From NCBI GenBank assembly GCA_963703575.1, contig CAVPEU010000026.1, forward strand, positions 129,850 to 193,849: 64,000 bases of DNA, written 5' to 3'. Source of the stretch: an uncultured Chloroflexia bacterium. Lineage in GTDB: Bacteria; Chloroflexota; Limnocylindria; Limnocylindrales; CSP1-4. The position numbers and the translations under genes are program-made. A model generated the notes under the pieces. That model did not search any database, was not told the DNA's origin, and worked only from the letters and a program-made list of their open reading frames with translations. Positions 38,320 to 46,978 of this stretch are shown one piece after another (the first letter of the stretch is position 1; each line of letters begins with the position of its first letter).

Positions 38320-38559
38320 GTGCCCCTGTCCCGTGTCCCGGTGGGCCGGCGTCGCAGGGTGCTGTCGGTCGAGGGCCCCGCCCGTGCCGAGCTGGAGCGC
38401 GAAGGCGTGCTCCCCGGGACCACCGTCGTCGTGACGACGCGGACGCCGTTCGGCGGCCCGCTCGTGGTCGAGGTCGGCCGGACCCGGCTCGCCATCTCGA
38501 CCGACGTGGGGGCGCAGGTCACAACCGTCCCCCTGGTGTCGAAGGGCGACCCGGGATGA
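38320..38559 (+). CDS. feoA: FeoA-domain protein
   Basis: SH3-like FeoA sequence (LSRVPVGRRRRVLSVEG...GVLPGTTVVV...GGPLVVEVGRTRLAIS). Its TGA overlaps the feoB ATG. Confidence 0.7.
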   Translation: MPLSRVPVGRRRRVLSVEGPARAELEREGVLPGTTVVVTTRTPFGGPLVVEVGRTRLAISTDVGAQVTTVPLVSKGDPG

Positions 38560-40547
38560 TGGCTGCCGGCGCGTCCTGCCACCCGGTCGTCCAGGGGACG
38601 CGGGCGGAACCCACCGCCCGCCGCCTGCCTGTGATCGCGCTGGTCGGCCGTCCCAACGTCGGCAAGTCCACCTTCCTCGCCCGCGCCAGCCACCGCTTCG
38701 TGGAGACGGCCAACGCGCCCGGCACCACCGTCGCCCTCGAGCGCCAGCGGGTCAGTGTCGGCGGCCGGGATTCGTGGCTGGTCGACCTGCCCGGCACCCG
38801 CGCCCTGGACGACGAGCCGATCGGCGACGCGCCGTTCTGGGAGCTGCTCCTGGAGGCCGAGCCGGACGCCATCCTCGTCGTCGCCGACGCCGGCAACCTG
38901 GAACGCCACCTCCCCCTCGCGCTCGCCTGCCGGGACCTCGGCCTGCCGATCGTGCTGGCCGCCAACCTTGTCGACGAAGCCGACGGGCGCGGGGTCCGGG
39001 TGGACACCGGCCGGCTGGCGCAGCTGCTCAACGCTCCCGTGCATGCCACGTGCGGCCGGACCGGCGACGGCGTGGACGCCTGCCTGGCGGACGCGGTCCG
39101 GCTGGCCGGGCAACGGGTCGCCGTGGCCGAGGGGCTCGCGTCGCCGCACGCGACCATCCCGGCCCCCGTCTACCCGTGGGGCCTCGAGCAGCGATTGGGA
39201 GCAGCAGCCGCCGAGATCACGGACGGAGCACGATCGCTGGGCGCGGCGGCCGTCGCGGCGCCCCTCCAGGCGGGCGTCCTGGGCGGCCGCATCTCGTCAC
39301 GCGGGGCGGCCAGCCTCCGGCTGGCGTCGGACCTGGACCCCGTGCGCTGGGGCGTCGCCGAGAACTGGGCGCGCCAGGTGGAGCTGCGGCGCGACGTCCC
39401 GGAGCCGCTGGCGGACCGCCTCGGCCGGCTGGCCACGTCTCCCTGGCCGGGGATCCCGGTGTTCCTCGCGGTCAGCGCGGCGGCGTTCCTGTCCGTCATC
39501 GCCGTGGGCGGCTGGCTCGCGGCGGCGCTCGCCGCCGCCTGGAGTGCGACCGTCTCACCGTTCCTCGCCGCGGCCGTGCCGGCGATCGTCCCGGTCCCGG
39601 TCCTCGCGGGCAGCCTCCTGTGGGCGCTGGACGGCGGGATGCTGGGGATGCTCTCGGTCGGCATCCCGTACGTGCTGACGTTCTACCTGCTGCTCGCGGC
39701 CCTCGAGGACAGCGGGTACCTGACCAGCGCCGCCGTGCTCATGGACCGCGTGTTCGGGGCGCTGGGGCTGCCCGGCCGGGCGGCGATCCCGTTGCTGGCG
39801 GCGGCCGGCTGCAACGTTCCCGCGATCTACGGGACCCGCGTCCTGCGGAGCCGGCGCGAGCGGGTGCTCGCATCGTTCCTGGTGACATTGACCCCGTGCT
39901 CGGCGCGCTCCGCCGTCGTGATCGCGGCGCTGGCTCCGTTCGCGGGCATCCCCGCCGCGATCGCGGCCTTCGGGGTGGTGGCCGCGACCACGATCGGGGC
40001 CGGCCTGGGCGCCAACGCCCTGATCCCGGGGCGCCAGCCGTCGCTGGTCCTGGAGCTCGCCCCGCTCCGCCGGCCGGTGGCCCGCCACGTGGCCATGAAG
40101 GCCGGGTTCCGGTTCCGCTCGTTCGTGGTGACCGCCACGCCGATCATGCTGGCCGGGTCGCTCGTGCTGGGCTTCGTGTACGAGGCCGGCGCCTGGCAGG
40201 GCATCGCGGCCGCGATCGGGCCGTCCGTCGAGTGGTGGCTCGGGCTGCCGGCGATCGCGGGCGTCGCGATCGCCTTCGCGTTCCTGCGCAAGGAGCTCGC
40301 GCTGCAGCTGCTGCTCGTGTTCGCGGCGGTCCAGCTGGGCCACGCGGCCAGCCTCGGCGAGCTGATGACGCCGGCGCAGCTGTTCGTGTACGCGGTGGTG
40401 TCCTCGATCTCGATCCCGTGCATGGCGACGCTGGCCACGCTCCGCGCTGAGCTGGGCACGCGGGTCGCCGCGGGGATCACGGTGGCGTCGCTGGCCCTGG
40501 CCCTGGGCGTCGGCGGGATGCTGGCGCGGGTGCTCGGGATCGCGTAG
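38556..40547 (+). CDS. feoB: Ferrous iron transporter B
   Basis: N-terminal G-domain (GRPNVGKST, DLPG) followed by a polytopic membrane domain. Confidence 0.9.
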   Translation: MMAAGASCHPVVQGTRAEPTARRLPVIALVGRPNVGKSTFLARASHRFVETANAPGTTVALERQRVSVGGRDSWLVDLPGTRALDDEPIGDAPFWELLLEAEPDAILVVADAGNLERHLPLALACRDLGLPIVLAANLVDEADGRGVRVDTGRLAQLLNAPVHATCGRTGDGVDACLADAVRLAGQRVAVAEGLASPHATIPAPVYPWGLEQRLGAAAAEITDGARSLGAAAVAAPLQAGVLGGRISSRGAASLRLASDLDPVRWGVAENWARQVELRRDVPEPLADRLGRLATSPWPGIPVFLAVSAAAFLSVIAVGGWLAAALAAAWSATVSPFLAAAVPAIVPVPVLAGSLLWALDGGMLGMLSVGIPYVLTFYLLLAALEDSGYLTSAAVLMDRVFGALGLPGRAAIPLLAAAGCNVPAIYGTRVLRSRRERVLASFLVTLTPCSARSAVVIAALAPFAGIPAAIAAFGVVAATTIGAGLGANALIPGRQPSLVLELAPLRRPVARHVAMKAGFRFRSFVVTATPIMLAGSLVLGFVYEAGAWQGIAAAIGPSVEWWLGLPAIAGVAIAFAFLRKELALQLLLVFAAVQLGHAASLGELMTPAQLFVYAVVSSISIPCMATLATLRAELGTRVAAGITVASLALALGVGGMLARVLGIA

Positions 40548-40550
40548 CCG

Positions 40551-40578
40551 CCGCCAGCCGCCGGCGACGCCGGCTGGC
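40551..40578. terminator. GC-rich imperfect hairpin between the convergent feoB and aldehyde dehydrogenase genes
   Basis: CGCCAGCC...GGCTGGCG arms with a nested GCCGGCG/CGCCGGC stem. Confidence 0.35.
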
Positions 40579-40626
40579 GCAGGTTGCGCGGGGACGCGGG
40601 GTGCGCGGGGACGCGGGGAATTCCGG

Positions 40627-42093
40627 TCAGACGCCCGTGTTGATCGTGATGTGCTTCACGACCGTGTAGTCCTCGAGGGCGTACTTGCTGCCGTCCTTGC
40701 CGTAGCCGGACTCCTTCACGCCGCCATGCGGGGTCTCGGACGCCAGCGTGAAGTGCTCGTTGATCCAGACGGTCCCGAACTGGAGCCGCCGGGCGACGCG
40801 CATCGCCTTGCCGATGCTGCCCGTGAACACCGAGGACGAGAGGCCGAACTTGACGTCGTTCGCCCACTGCACCGCCTGCTCCTCGTCGCTGAAGCGCTGG
40901 ACGGTCACCACGGGCCCGAAGACCTCGTCCTGGACGATCTCGCTGTCCTGGGCCGGGTTCGCGATCAGCGTGGGCTCGAAGTAGGCACCGGGGCGGTCCG
41001 GCCGGTGGCCGCCGAGGACCAGCTCGGCCTTCGCCTCCAGCGCCCGGTCGACCATGCCCTCCACCTTGTCGACCTGGGCCTGCGCGATGAGCGAGCCCAT
41101 GTCCAGGTCGTCGGCATCGGCCGGGTTGCCCCACTTGATGGTCCTCACCTGGTCCGCGAGCGCAGCGACGAGCTTGTCGTACACCCGGGGGCCCGCGATG
41201 ACGCGGCAGGCCGCGGTGCAGTCCTGGCCGCTGTTCCAGTAGCCGGCCGACTTGAGGATCTCGGCCGCCAGCGCGACGTCGGCGTCGTCGAACACGATCA
41301 CCGGCGCCTTGCCGCCGAGCTCGAGGTGGAGCCGCTTGACCGTCCCGGCCGCGATCGTCGCGATGTGCTTGCCGGTGACCGTGTCACCGGTGATCGAGAC
41401 CATGCGGACCTTCGGGTGCCCGACGAGGAAGTCGCCCATCGCGCCGCCGGAGCCCGCCAGCACGTTGAGCACGCCCGCCGGCAGCTCGTCCGCGACCAGC
41501 TCCGCGAACCGGAGGGCGGACAGCGGCGTGCGGGCGGACGGCTTGAGCACGACCGTGTTGCCGGTCGCGAGCGCGGGCCCCAGCTTCCAGGCCGCCATGT
41601 ACAGCGGGTAGTTCCAGGGGGCGATCGAGGCGACGACGCCCACCGGGTCCCGGCGGACCATCGACGTATGGCCGTCGAGGTACTCGGTGACGGCCAGGCC
41701 CTCGGGCACCCGGCAGGCGCCCGCGAAGAACCGGAACAGGTCGCTGGAGGTGGCCATCTCGTCGATCGCGGCCTGGGTCGGCTTGCCGGTCTGGCGGGAC
41801 TCGAGGCGGCCGAGCTCGTCGGCGTTGGCGTCGATGATGTCGGCGATCCTGAGCAGGGCCAGACTGCGGGTCTGGGGCGTCGTCAGCGACCAGGTCTCGA
41901 AGGCGTCGGCGGCGGCGTTGACCGCCCGGTCGACGTCCTCGGCCCCCGAGGCCGGCACGGTGGCGACGGGCTCGCCGGTCGCCGGGTTCTCGACGGTCAG
42001 GGTCTGGCCCGAGACGGCGTCGACCCAACGGCCGCCGATGAACTGCTGATAGGCCTTGACGGGCTTCTGGGTCTCGGTCACTGGGGCCTCCAT
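40627..42093 (-). CDS. NAD(P)-dependent aldehyde dehydrogenase
   Basis: ALDH motifs (ELGGKAP, catalytic Cys in GQDCTAAC, VTLELGGKSP-like region). Confidence 0.9.
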   Translation of the reverse strand: MEAPVTETQKPVKAYQQFIGGRWVDAVSGQTLTVENPATGEPVATVPASGAEDVDRAVNAAADAFETWSLTTPQTRSLALLRIADIIDANADELGRLESRQTGKPTQAAIDEMATSSDLFRFFAGACRVPEGLAVTEYLDGHTSMVRRDPVGVVASIAPWNYPLYMAAWKLGPALATGNTVVLKPSARTPLSALRFAELVADELPAGVLNVLAGSGGAMGDFLVGHPKVRMVSITGDTVTGKHIATIAAGTVKRLHLELGGKAPVIVFDDADVALAAEILKSAGYWNSGQDCTAACRVIAGPRVYDKLVAALADQVRTIKWGNPADADDLDMGSLIAQAQVDKVEGMVDRALEAKAELVLGGHRPDRPGAYFEPTLIANPAQDSEIVQDEVFGPVVTVQRFSDEEQAVQWANDVKFGLSSSVFTGSIGKAMRVARRLQFGTVWINEHFTLASETPHGGVKESGYGKDGSKYALEDYTVVKHITINTGV

Positions 42094-42175
42094 GGCGCGC
42101 CGGGGCGCGCTTGCCGCGGGTCCGAAGGGCGATGGCGCGATTGTGCGCCAAGCCCGGGCGGCGTTCCACCCGAGC

Positions 42176-42235
42176 GCGCCGGGTGGGACGGCGCCGGGTG
42201 GGACGGCGCCGGGTGGGGCGGCGCCGGGTGGGACG
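42176..42235. repeat. Tandem repeat, 4 x 15 bp (GCGCCGGGTGGGACG; the third copy has one substitution), upstream of the aldehyde dehydrogenase
   Basis: Seen directly in the sequence. A degenerate fifth copy follows. Confidence 0.8.
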
Positions 42236-42281
42236 GCGCCGGTCCCGCCGGCCCTCCGCACGTCCGGCCCCGCCCCCGGGA

Positions 42282-43595
42282 CTACCGGGTCACCGGCGCA
42301 CCCGTCACCGCCACCCGTTCGATCAGGTCCGCGGCCCGGACCGTCCCGGCGGCCGCCTGCATCCGGGCCGCGATCGCGGCCATCCGCTCGCGGAGGGGCG
42401 CGTCCGCCAGCAGCTCGTCGATCGCGCCGGTCAGCTCCTCGTCGCGGAAGCCGTAGGTCGAAAGCCGCCGCCCGAACCCCGTCTCATGCACCCGCTGCGC
42501 GTTGTCCACCTGGTCCCAGAACAGCGGCAGCACGATCATCGGCTTGCCGTTGTGGAAGCACTCGACCACGGTGTTGTTGCCGCCGTGCGTGATCACGAGG
42601 TCCACCTGCGGCAGCACCGCGGGCTGGGGTAGGAACTGCTCGCCGGTCATGGTGTCGGGGAGGCGGATCTGCTCGTGGAGCGGGCCCTTGGACACGATCA
42701 CCCGGTGGTCGGTCCGGCCGAGGACGTCCACCAGCCGCTGCATGAGCTCGACGTCCGCCGAGCCGAGGGAGCCGAGCGAGAGGTAGATCAGCGCCCCGGG
42801 TCGCGCGGCCAGGTGCTGGGGCAGGGACCACTCCCCGTCGGTGGCACGGATCGTGGAGTCCAGCTGGTGCCACGTGGGGGCCAGCGGCTCCAGCCGCCGG
42901 TAGTCCGCCTCGGCAGGGAACGAATACAGGTTGAGGAACGGGGACTGGTGCATGAACTCCGGCCCGAGCTCGCCGTTGTCGAGCCCGCCGGCACCGTGAT
43001 CGCGACAGAAGGCGTCGAAGTCGGCCCACAGGTCCGAGTGCGCGCGCTGGTACTCGGCCAGGAACCCGGGCCAGCGGCGCGGATCCGCGGCCGGGTACCC
43101 GGACGAGAACGGCGGCACGAGCGGGTCCTTGAGCTCCGCCGGGTTGGAGGACACGATCCGGACCCACGGCCGGCCGGACGCCATCACCGCCGGGAAGGAC
43201 ACGACGTTGTCCTCGACGATCACGCCCGGCTCCAGCTCCCCGATGATCTCCTCGAGGCGCGGGTTCACGTACCTGGCGCCATCGACCAGGGCCCGCCAGG
43301 TGGGCTGGACGAACTCCGTGATCTGCTCGAGCGTGGACTTGCGGAACACCGGCGCGGTGTCGCGGATGAAGTCGATCCAGAACTGGCCGGGCACCTCGGG
43401 CTCGGCGGGCGGCGGACCGAGCCGCATCAGCCGCTCCTCGAACCCCCTGGCCTCGAGGCTGCCGGCGAACGACTCCTCGACGATGAACACGACCCGGTGG
43501 CCGCGCCGGCGGAGGACGTCGCCGATGCCGACGCAGTTGTTGGTCGGGCCGTAGGCCCCCTCGGGGAAGAACACGATCGTCCGGCCGTCGGCCAC
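42282..43595 (-). CDS. UDP-glycosyltransferase, MGT/OleD-like GT1 family
   Basis: GT1 C-terminal signature (HGGNNTVVECFHNGKPMIVLPLFWDQVDNAQRV). GTG start after GAGGTG. Confidence 0.8.
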   Translation of the reverse strand: MADGRTIVFFPEGAYGPTNNCVGIGDVLRRRGHRVVFIVEESFAGSLEARGFEERLMRLGPPPAEPEVPGQFWIDFIRDTAPVFRKSTLEQITEFVQPTWRALVDGARYVNPRLEEIIGELEPGVIVEDNVVSFPAVMASGRPWVRIVSSNPAELKDPLVPPFSSGYPAADPRRWPGFLAEYQRAHSDLWADFDAFCRDHGAGGLDNGELGPEFMHQSPFLNLYSFPAEADYRRLEPLAPTWHQLDSTIRATDGEWSLPQHLAARPGALIYLSLGSLGSADVELMQRLVDVLGRTDHRVIVSKGPLHEQIRLPDTMTGEQFLPQPAVLPQVDLVITHGGNNTVVECFHNGKPMIVLPLFWDQVDNAQRVHETGFGRRLSTYGFRDEELTGAIDELLADAPLRERMAAIAARMQAAAGTVRAADLIERVAVTGAPVTR

Positions 43596-43811
43596 CCTGG
43601 CACCTCGTGCTGCGTCGGCTGTCGCTGGCGGGCGCGATGATCGCACGCTCGCAGGCCTCGGGGTGGGATTGTCCACCCTGCGCCTGCCCGGGGGCGAGGT
43701 CCCACCGCGCACGCCGCGCAGGCCGCGCACGCCGGTGGCGCCGGTCCCGGCCGGGTCCGGTCACCTGGCCCCCCGGATGGGCCATGATGGCAGTCGCCGG
43801 CCCACGGAGCG

Positions 43812-43837
43812 AACCCCGACAGTGGTCGGGGTTTTTG
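43812..43837 (+). terminator. Hairpin (AACCCCGAC-agtg-GTCGGGGTT) followed by TTTTT, 56 nt upstream of the ABC transporter start
   Basis: Has terminator/attenuator-like geometry but sits inside a 5' leader. Confidence 0.35.
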
Positions 43838-43892
43838 CGACAGGGCAGACGCCCCTGGAGCAGGGGGCACGCGGGGGAAAGGGTCCACCGCC

Positions 43893-44837
43893 ATGACATT
43901 GGCCATCGAAGGGTTGCGCAAGCGCTTCGGCGACGTCCAGGCGCTCGACGGGGTCTCGCTCACGGTGCGGCCGGGCGAGGTCTACGGGTTCCTGGGCGCC
44001 AACGGCGCGGGCAAGACCACGACGATGCGGATCGTGCTCGGCCTGATGAAGCCGGACGAGGGCACGGTCACCTGGAACGGCCGCCCCGCGCGCGACTGGC
44101 CGCGGCGGACCTGGGGCTACATGCCCGAGGAGCGCGGGCTCTACCTGCGCATGCCGGTCATCGACCAGCTGATCCACTTCGCGTCGCTGTACGGGATCCC
44201 CCGCGCCGCGGCCCGGCGCGACGCACTGGACTGGCTGGCGCGGTTCCGGATCGCCGAGTACGCGGATCGCCGGGCGGAGACCCTGTCCAAGGGCAACCAG
44301 CAGAAGGTCCAGTACATCGCGACGGTGCTGCACGGTCCGGACGTGCTGCTCATGGACGAGCCGTTCGTGGGCCTCGATCCCGTCAACGTCGCCCTGCTCA
44401 AGGCGGCCTTCCGCGAGATGAGTGATCACGGCAGGACGATCGTGTTCAGCACCCACCAGCTGGAGCAGGCCGAGGAGCTGTGCGACTCGGTCGCGATCAT
44501 CGACCACGGCCGGATCGTCACCGCCGGCCCCACCCGTGAGGTCAAGCGCTCCACCGGCCACCAGGTGGTTCGCCTCGCTGTCGGCGGTGACGGCGACCTC
44601 GCCTGGCTCCGCTCGCTGCCCCACGTGACCGTGACCCGGGACGGCGCCGACTACGCGGAGCTCCGCGTGGACGCGGGCTCGAACCCGCAGGCCGTGCTCC
44701 AGGCGGCGATCGAGCACGGCGAGGTGCTCCGCTTCGAGGTCGCCGATCCGTCGCTGGAGGAGGTCTTCGTCGAGCGCGTCGGGGCGCTGGACGTCGAGGA
44801 GCGGACGCTCGCGGCCACCCCGGAGGCCCGGCCGTGA
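43893..44837 (+). CDS. ABC transporter ATP-binding protein
   Basis: Walker A GANGAGKTT, signature LSKGNQQKV, Walker B LLMDEP. Confidence 0.9.
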   Translation: MTLAIEGLRKRFGDVQALDGVSLTVRPGEVYGFLGANGAGKTTTMRIVLGLMKPDEGTVTWNGRPARDWPRRTWGYMPEERGLYLRMPVIDQLIHFASLYGIPRAAARRDALDWLARFRIAEYADRRAETLSKGNQQKVQYIATVLHGPDVLLMDEPFVGLDPVNVALLKAAFREMSDHGRTIVFSTHQLEQAEELCDSVAIIDHGRIVTAGPTREVKRSTGHQVVRLAVGGDGDLAWLRSLPHVTVTRDGADYAELRVDAGSNPQAVLQAAIEHGEVLRFEVADPSLEEVFVERVGALDVEERTLAATPEARP

Positions 44838-46171
44838 GCACGCGGGCCAACGTCGTGACGATCGCCCGGCGCGAGTTCCTCGTCCGCGTCCGGACGCGCA
44901 GCTTCCTGTGGGGGACGGCGCTGCTCGTGCTGGGCGTCGCCGCTATCGCGCTGCTCCCGGTCATCGCCCAGGTCATCGACCGGTCGAGCGCCACCAGGGT
45001 CGCCGTCGTCGCGCCCAGCGACGCGCTGGCGACGCGCGCCTCCGTGACGATCAGCACGCTCCTGAACCAGACGGCGACGACCGCGACCATTGGTGAGACG
45101 AGCGGTGACGGCACGCCGGACTTCGTCGTCAGCGTGGCCACCGATCTCGCCACCGCCCGGCGCGAGGTCCTGGCCGGGACCTACTCCGCGGTCCTCGGCA
45201 TCGAGCGGCCGGCCGGCGGCGAGCTCGACTTCACGCTCTACACCAACGATCCGGCCACCAGCCGGATGGTCCAGCTCCTTCGCCAGGGCGCCAACGCGAT
45301 CGCCATCGCCGACCGGCTCGACCGGCTGGACCTCGCGCCCGCGGACCAGGCGTCGCTGTTCTCGCCCGCCGAGTTCGGGGTGAGCTGGCCCGATCCCGGC
45401 CGCTCGGACCCGATCCGCGACGATCCGGTGGCGGCGGTCGGCCAGGACCTGCTCGCGTTCGGGATGACGATCCTGATCTTCATGATCATCATCATGTACG
45501 GGAACTGGATCGCGATGAGCGTGGTCGAGGAGAAGTCCTCCCGGGTGATGGAGGTCGTGCTCAACGCGGCAACCCCGTTCCAGCTCCTGGCCGGCAAGGT
45601 GTTCGGTGTCGGGGCCGTCGCGTTCGTGCAGTACGCGGCGGTCGTCGTCGCCGGCGGGGTGGCGCTGCTCGCCCAGGGATGGGTGGGGTCGCTCGTGCTC
45701 GGCGAGGCCGGCTCGGGGCTGACCCTGCCCGAAGGGCTCACGCCCGGCCTGCTCCTGATGTTCGGCGTGTACGGCGTGCTGGGCTTCCTGCTCTACGCGT
45801 CGCTGTACGCCGCGGCCGGGTCGCTGGTCAGCCGCCAGGAGGACATCAGCGCCGCGGTCATGCCGATGACGCTGATCTCCACCGGGGGCTACATCGTGGG
45901 CGTGTACGCCGCGACGGGCCTGCTCGACGCCCGGGCGGGCTGGATCGTCGCGCTCACGCAGGTGCCGTTCCTGGGCCCATTCATGATGCTGGGCCGGATC
46001 GCGACCAACGTGGCCCAGCCGTGGGAGATCGTGCTGTCCATCGTGCTGCTCGTGGCCACGATCGGCGTCGCGATCTGGGTCGCGGCGCGCATCTACGCGG
46101 CCGGCGTCCTGCTCTACGGGCAGCGGCCCGGTGCCCGCGGGGTGTGGCGGCTGCTGCGCGAGGGCATGTAG
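44834..46171 (+). CDS. ABC-2 family transporter permease
   Basis: ATGA overlap with the ATPase gene. A large extracytoplasmic loop followed by six TM helices. Confidence 0.85.
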   Translation: MSTRANVVTIARREFLVRVRTRSFLWGTALLVLGVAAIALLPVIAQVIDRSSATRVAVVAPSDALATRASVTISTLLNQTATTATIGETSGDGTPDFVVSVATDLATARREVLAGTYSAVLGIERPAGGELDFTLYTNDPATSRMVQLLRQGANAIAIADRLDRLDLAPADQASLFSPAEFGVSWPDPGRSDPIRDDPVAAVGQDLLAFGMTILIFMIIIMYGNWIAMSVVEEKSSRVMEVVLNAATPFQLLAGKVFGVGAVAFVQYAAVVVAGGVALLAQGWVGSLVLGEAGSGLTLPEGLTPGLLLMFGVYGVLGFLLYASLYAAAGSLVSRQEDISAAVMPMTLISTGGYIVGVYAATGLLDARAGWIVALTQVPFLGPFMMLGRIATNVAQPWEIVLSIVLLVATIGVAIWVAARIYAAGVLLYGQRPGARGVWRLLREGM

Positions 46172-46213
46172 GCCGCGGATCGGCCAGCCCGCGGATCGGC
46201 CGCCGGCGGAGGC

Positions 46214-46978
46214 TCAGCTCCCGGTCGCGAGCGCCGCGGCGAGGAGCAGCGCGCCGCCCGCCAGCACGGCAACGTCGAGCCACCCCCAGCCGACCTCCCG
46301 GTAGCGCGAGCGCGGCCCGGACCCGAACGCCCGCGCGTCCATCGCCAGCGCCAGCCGGTCCCCGTGACGGATCGCGAGGACCAGCAGCCCGACCAGGATT
46401 CGCGGGTGCCAGCTCCAGCGAAGGCCGCGGATCCGGCGCGCCTGCCGGAGCGAGGTCAGCTGGTCGGCCAGCCGGGGGATCGCCTGGTACGCCGCCAGCG
46501 CGCCGTACCCGAACCGCTCCGGCACGCGGGCCTGCTGTACGAGCCCGTCCACGAGCCGGGTCGAGTCCGTGGTCTGGCCGAACACCACGCCGACCGCCGC
46601 GATCGCGATCACCCGCACCGCCAGCCCGGCGCCCGCCTCCAGCGCCGCCCACGTGACGTGGAACGTGCCGAACACGAACGCGACCGGCAGCGACGGGTCC
46701 GCGTTCGACCCCGAGAACAGCGCGTTGAACACGCCGATGCCGAGCGCCGCGAGCCACAGCGGCGCGAGCCCGCCCAGCAGGCGCCGGCCGGGGATCGAGC
46801 CCCACGCCAGCCCGGCCGCGACGACCGCGGCCGTGACGATGACCGGCGGCCGGACGTCCAGCGTGAACGCCAGCCCGATCAGCAGCCCCAGGGCGACGAC
46901 CAGCTTGGTCACCGGGCTCGACCGCCCCAGCGGGCTCAGCAGCTGCCGCTCCGAGGTCTCGATGCGCGACGTGATCAC
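46214..46978 (-). CDS. ecfT: ECF transporter transmembrane (T) component (CbiQ/EcfT family)
   Basis: GTG start overlaps the ATPase TGA (GTGA). EcfT-like TM topology, with the conserved coupling-helix region (ARxxR) expected near LRQARRIRGLRW. Confidence 0.8.
   Translation of the reverse strand: MITSRIETSERQLLSPLGRSSPVTKLVVALGLLIGLAFTLDVRPPVIVTAAVVAAGLAWGSIPGRRLLGGLAPLWLAALGIGVFNALFSGSNADPSLPVAFVFGTFHVTWAALEAGAGLAVRVIAIAAVGVVFGQTTDSTRLVDGLVQQARVPERFGYGALAAYQAIPRLADQLTSLRQARRIRGLRWSWHPRILVGLLVLAIRHGDRLALAMDARAFGSGPRSRYREVGWGWLDVAVLAGGALLLAAALATGS

Noticed and set aside
38100-38330. Possible IdeR/DtxR iron box upstream of feoAB
   Set aside because: The only palindrome present (ACCTTagcgAAGGT) does not match the TTAGGTTAGGCTAACCTAA consensus in sequence or length. 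It is reported only as a generic candidate operator.
38133-39157. Minus-strand ORFs 38133-39149 and 38519-39157 overlapping feoA/feoB
   Set aside because: The plus strand encodes recognisable FeoA and FeoB with ATGA coupling. The minus-strand translations are featureless.
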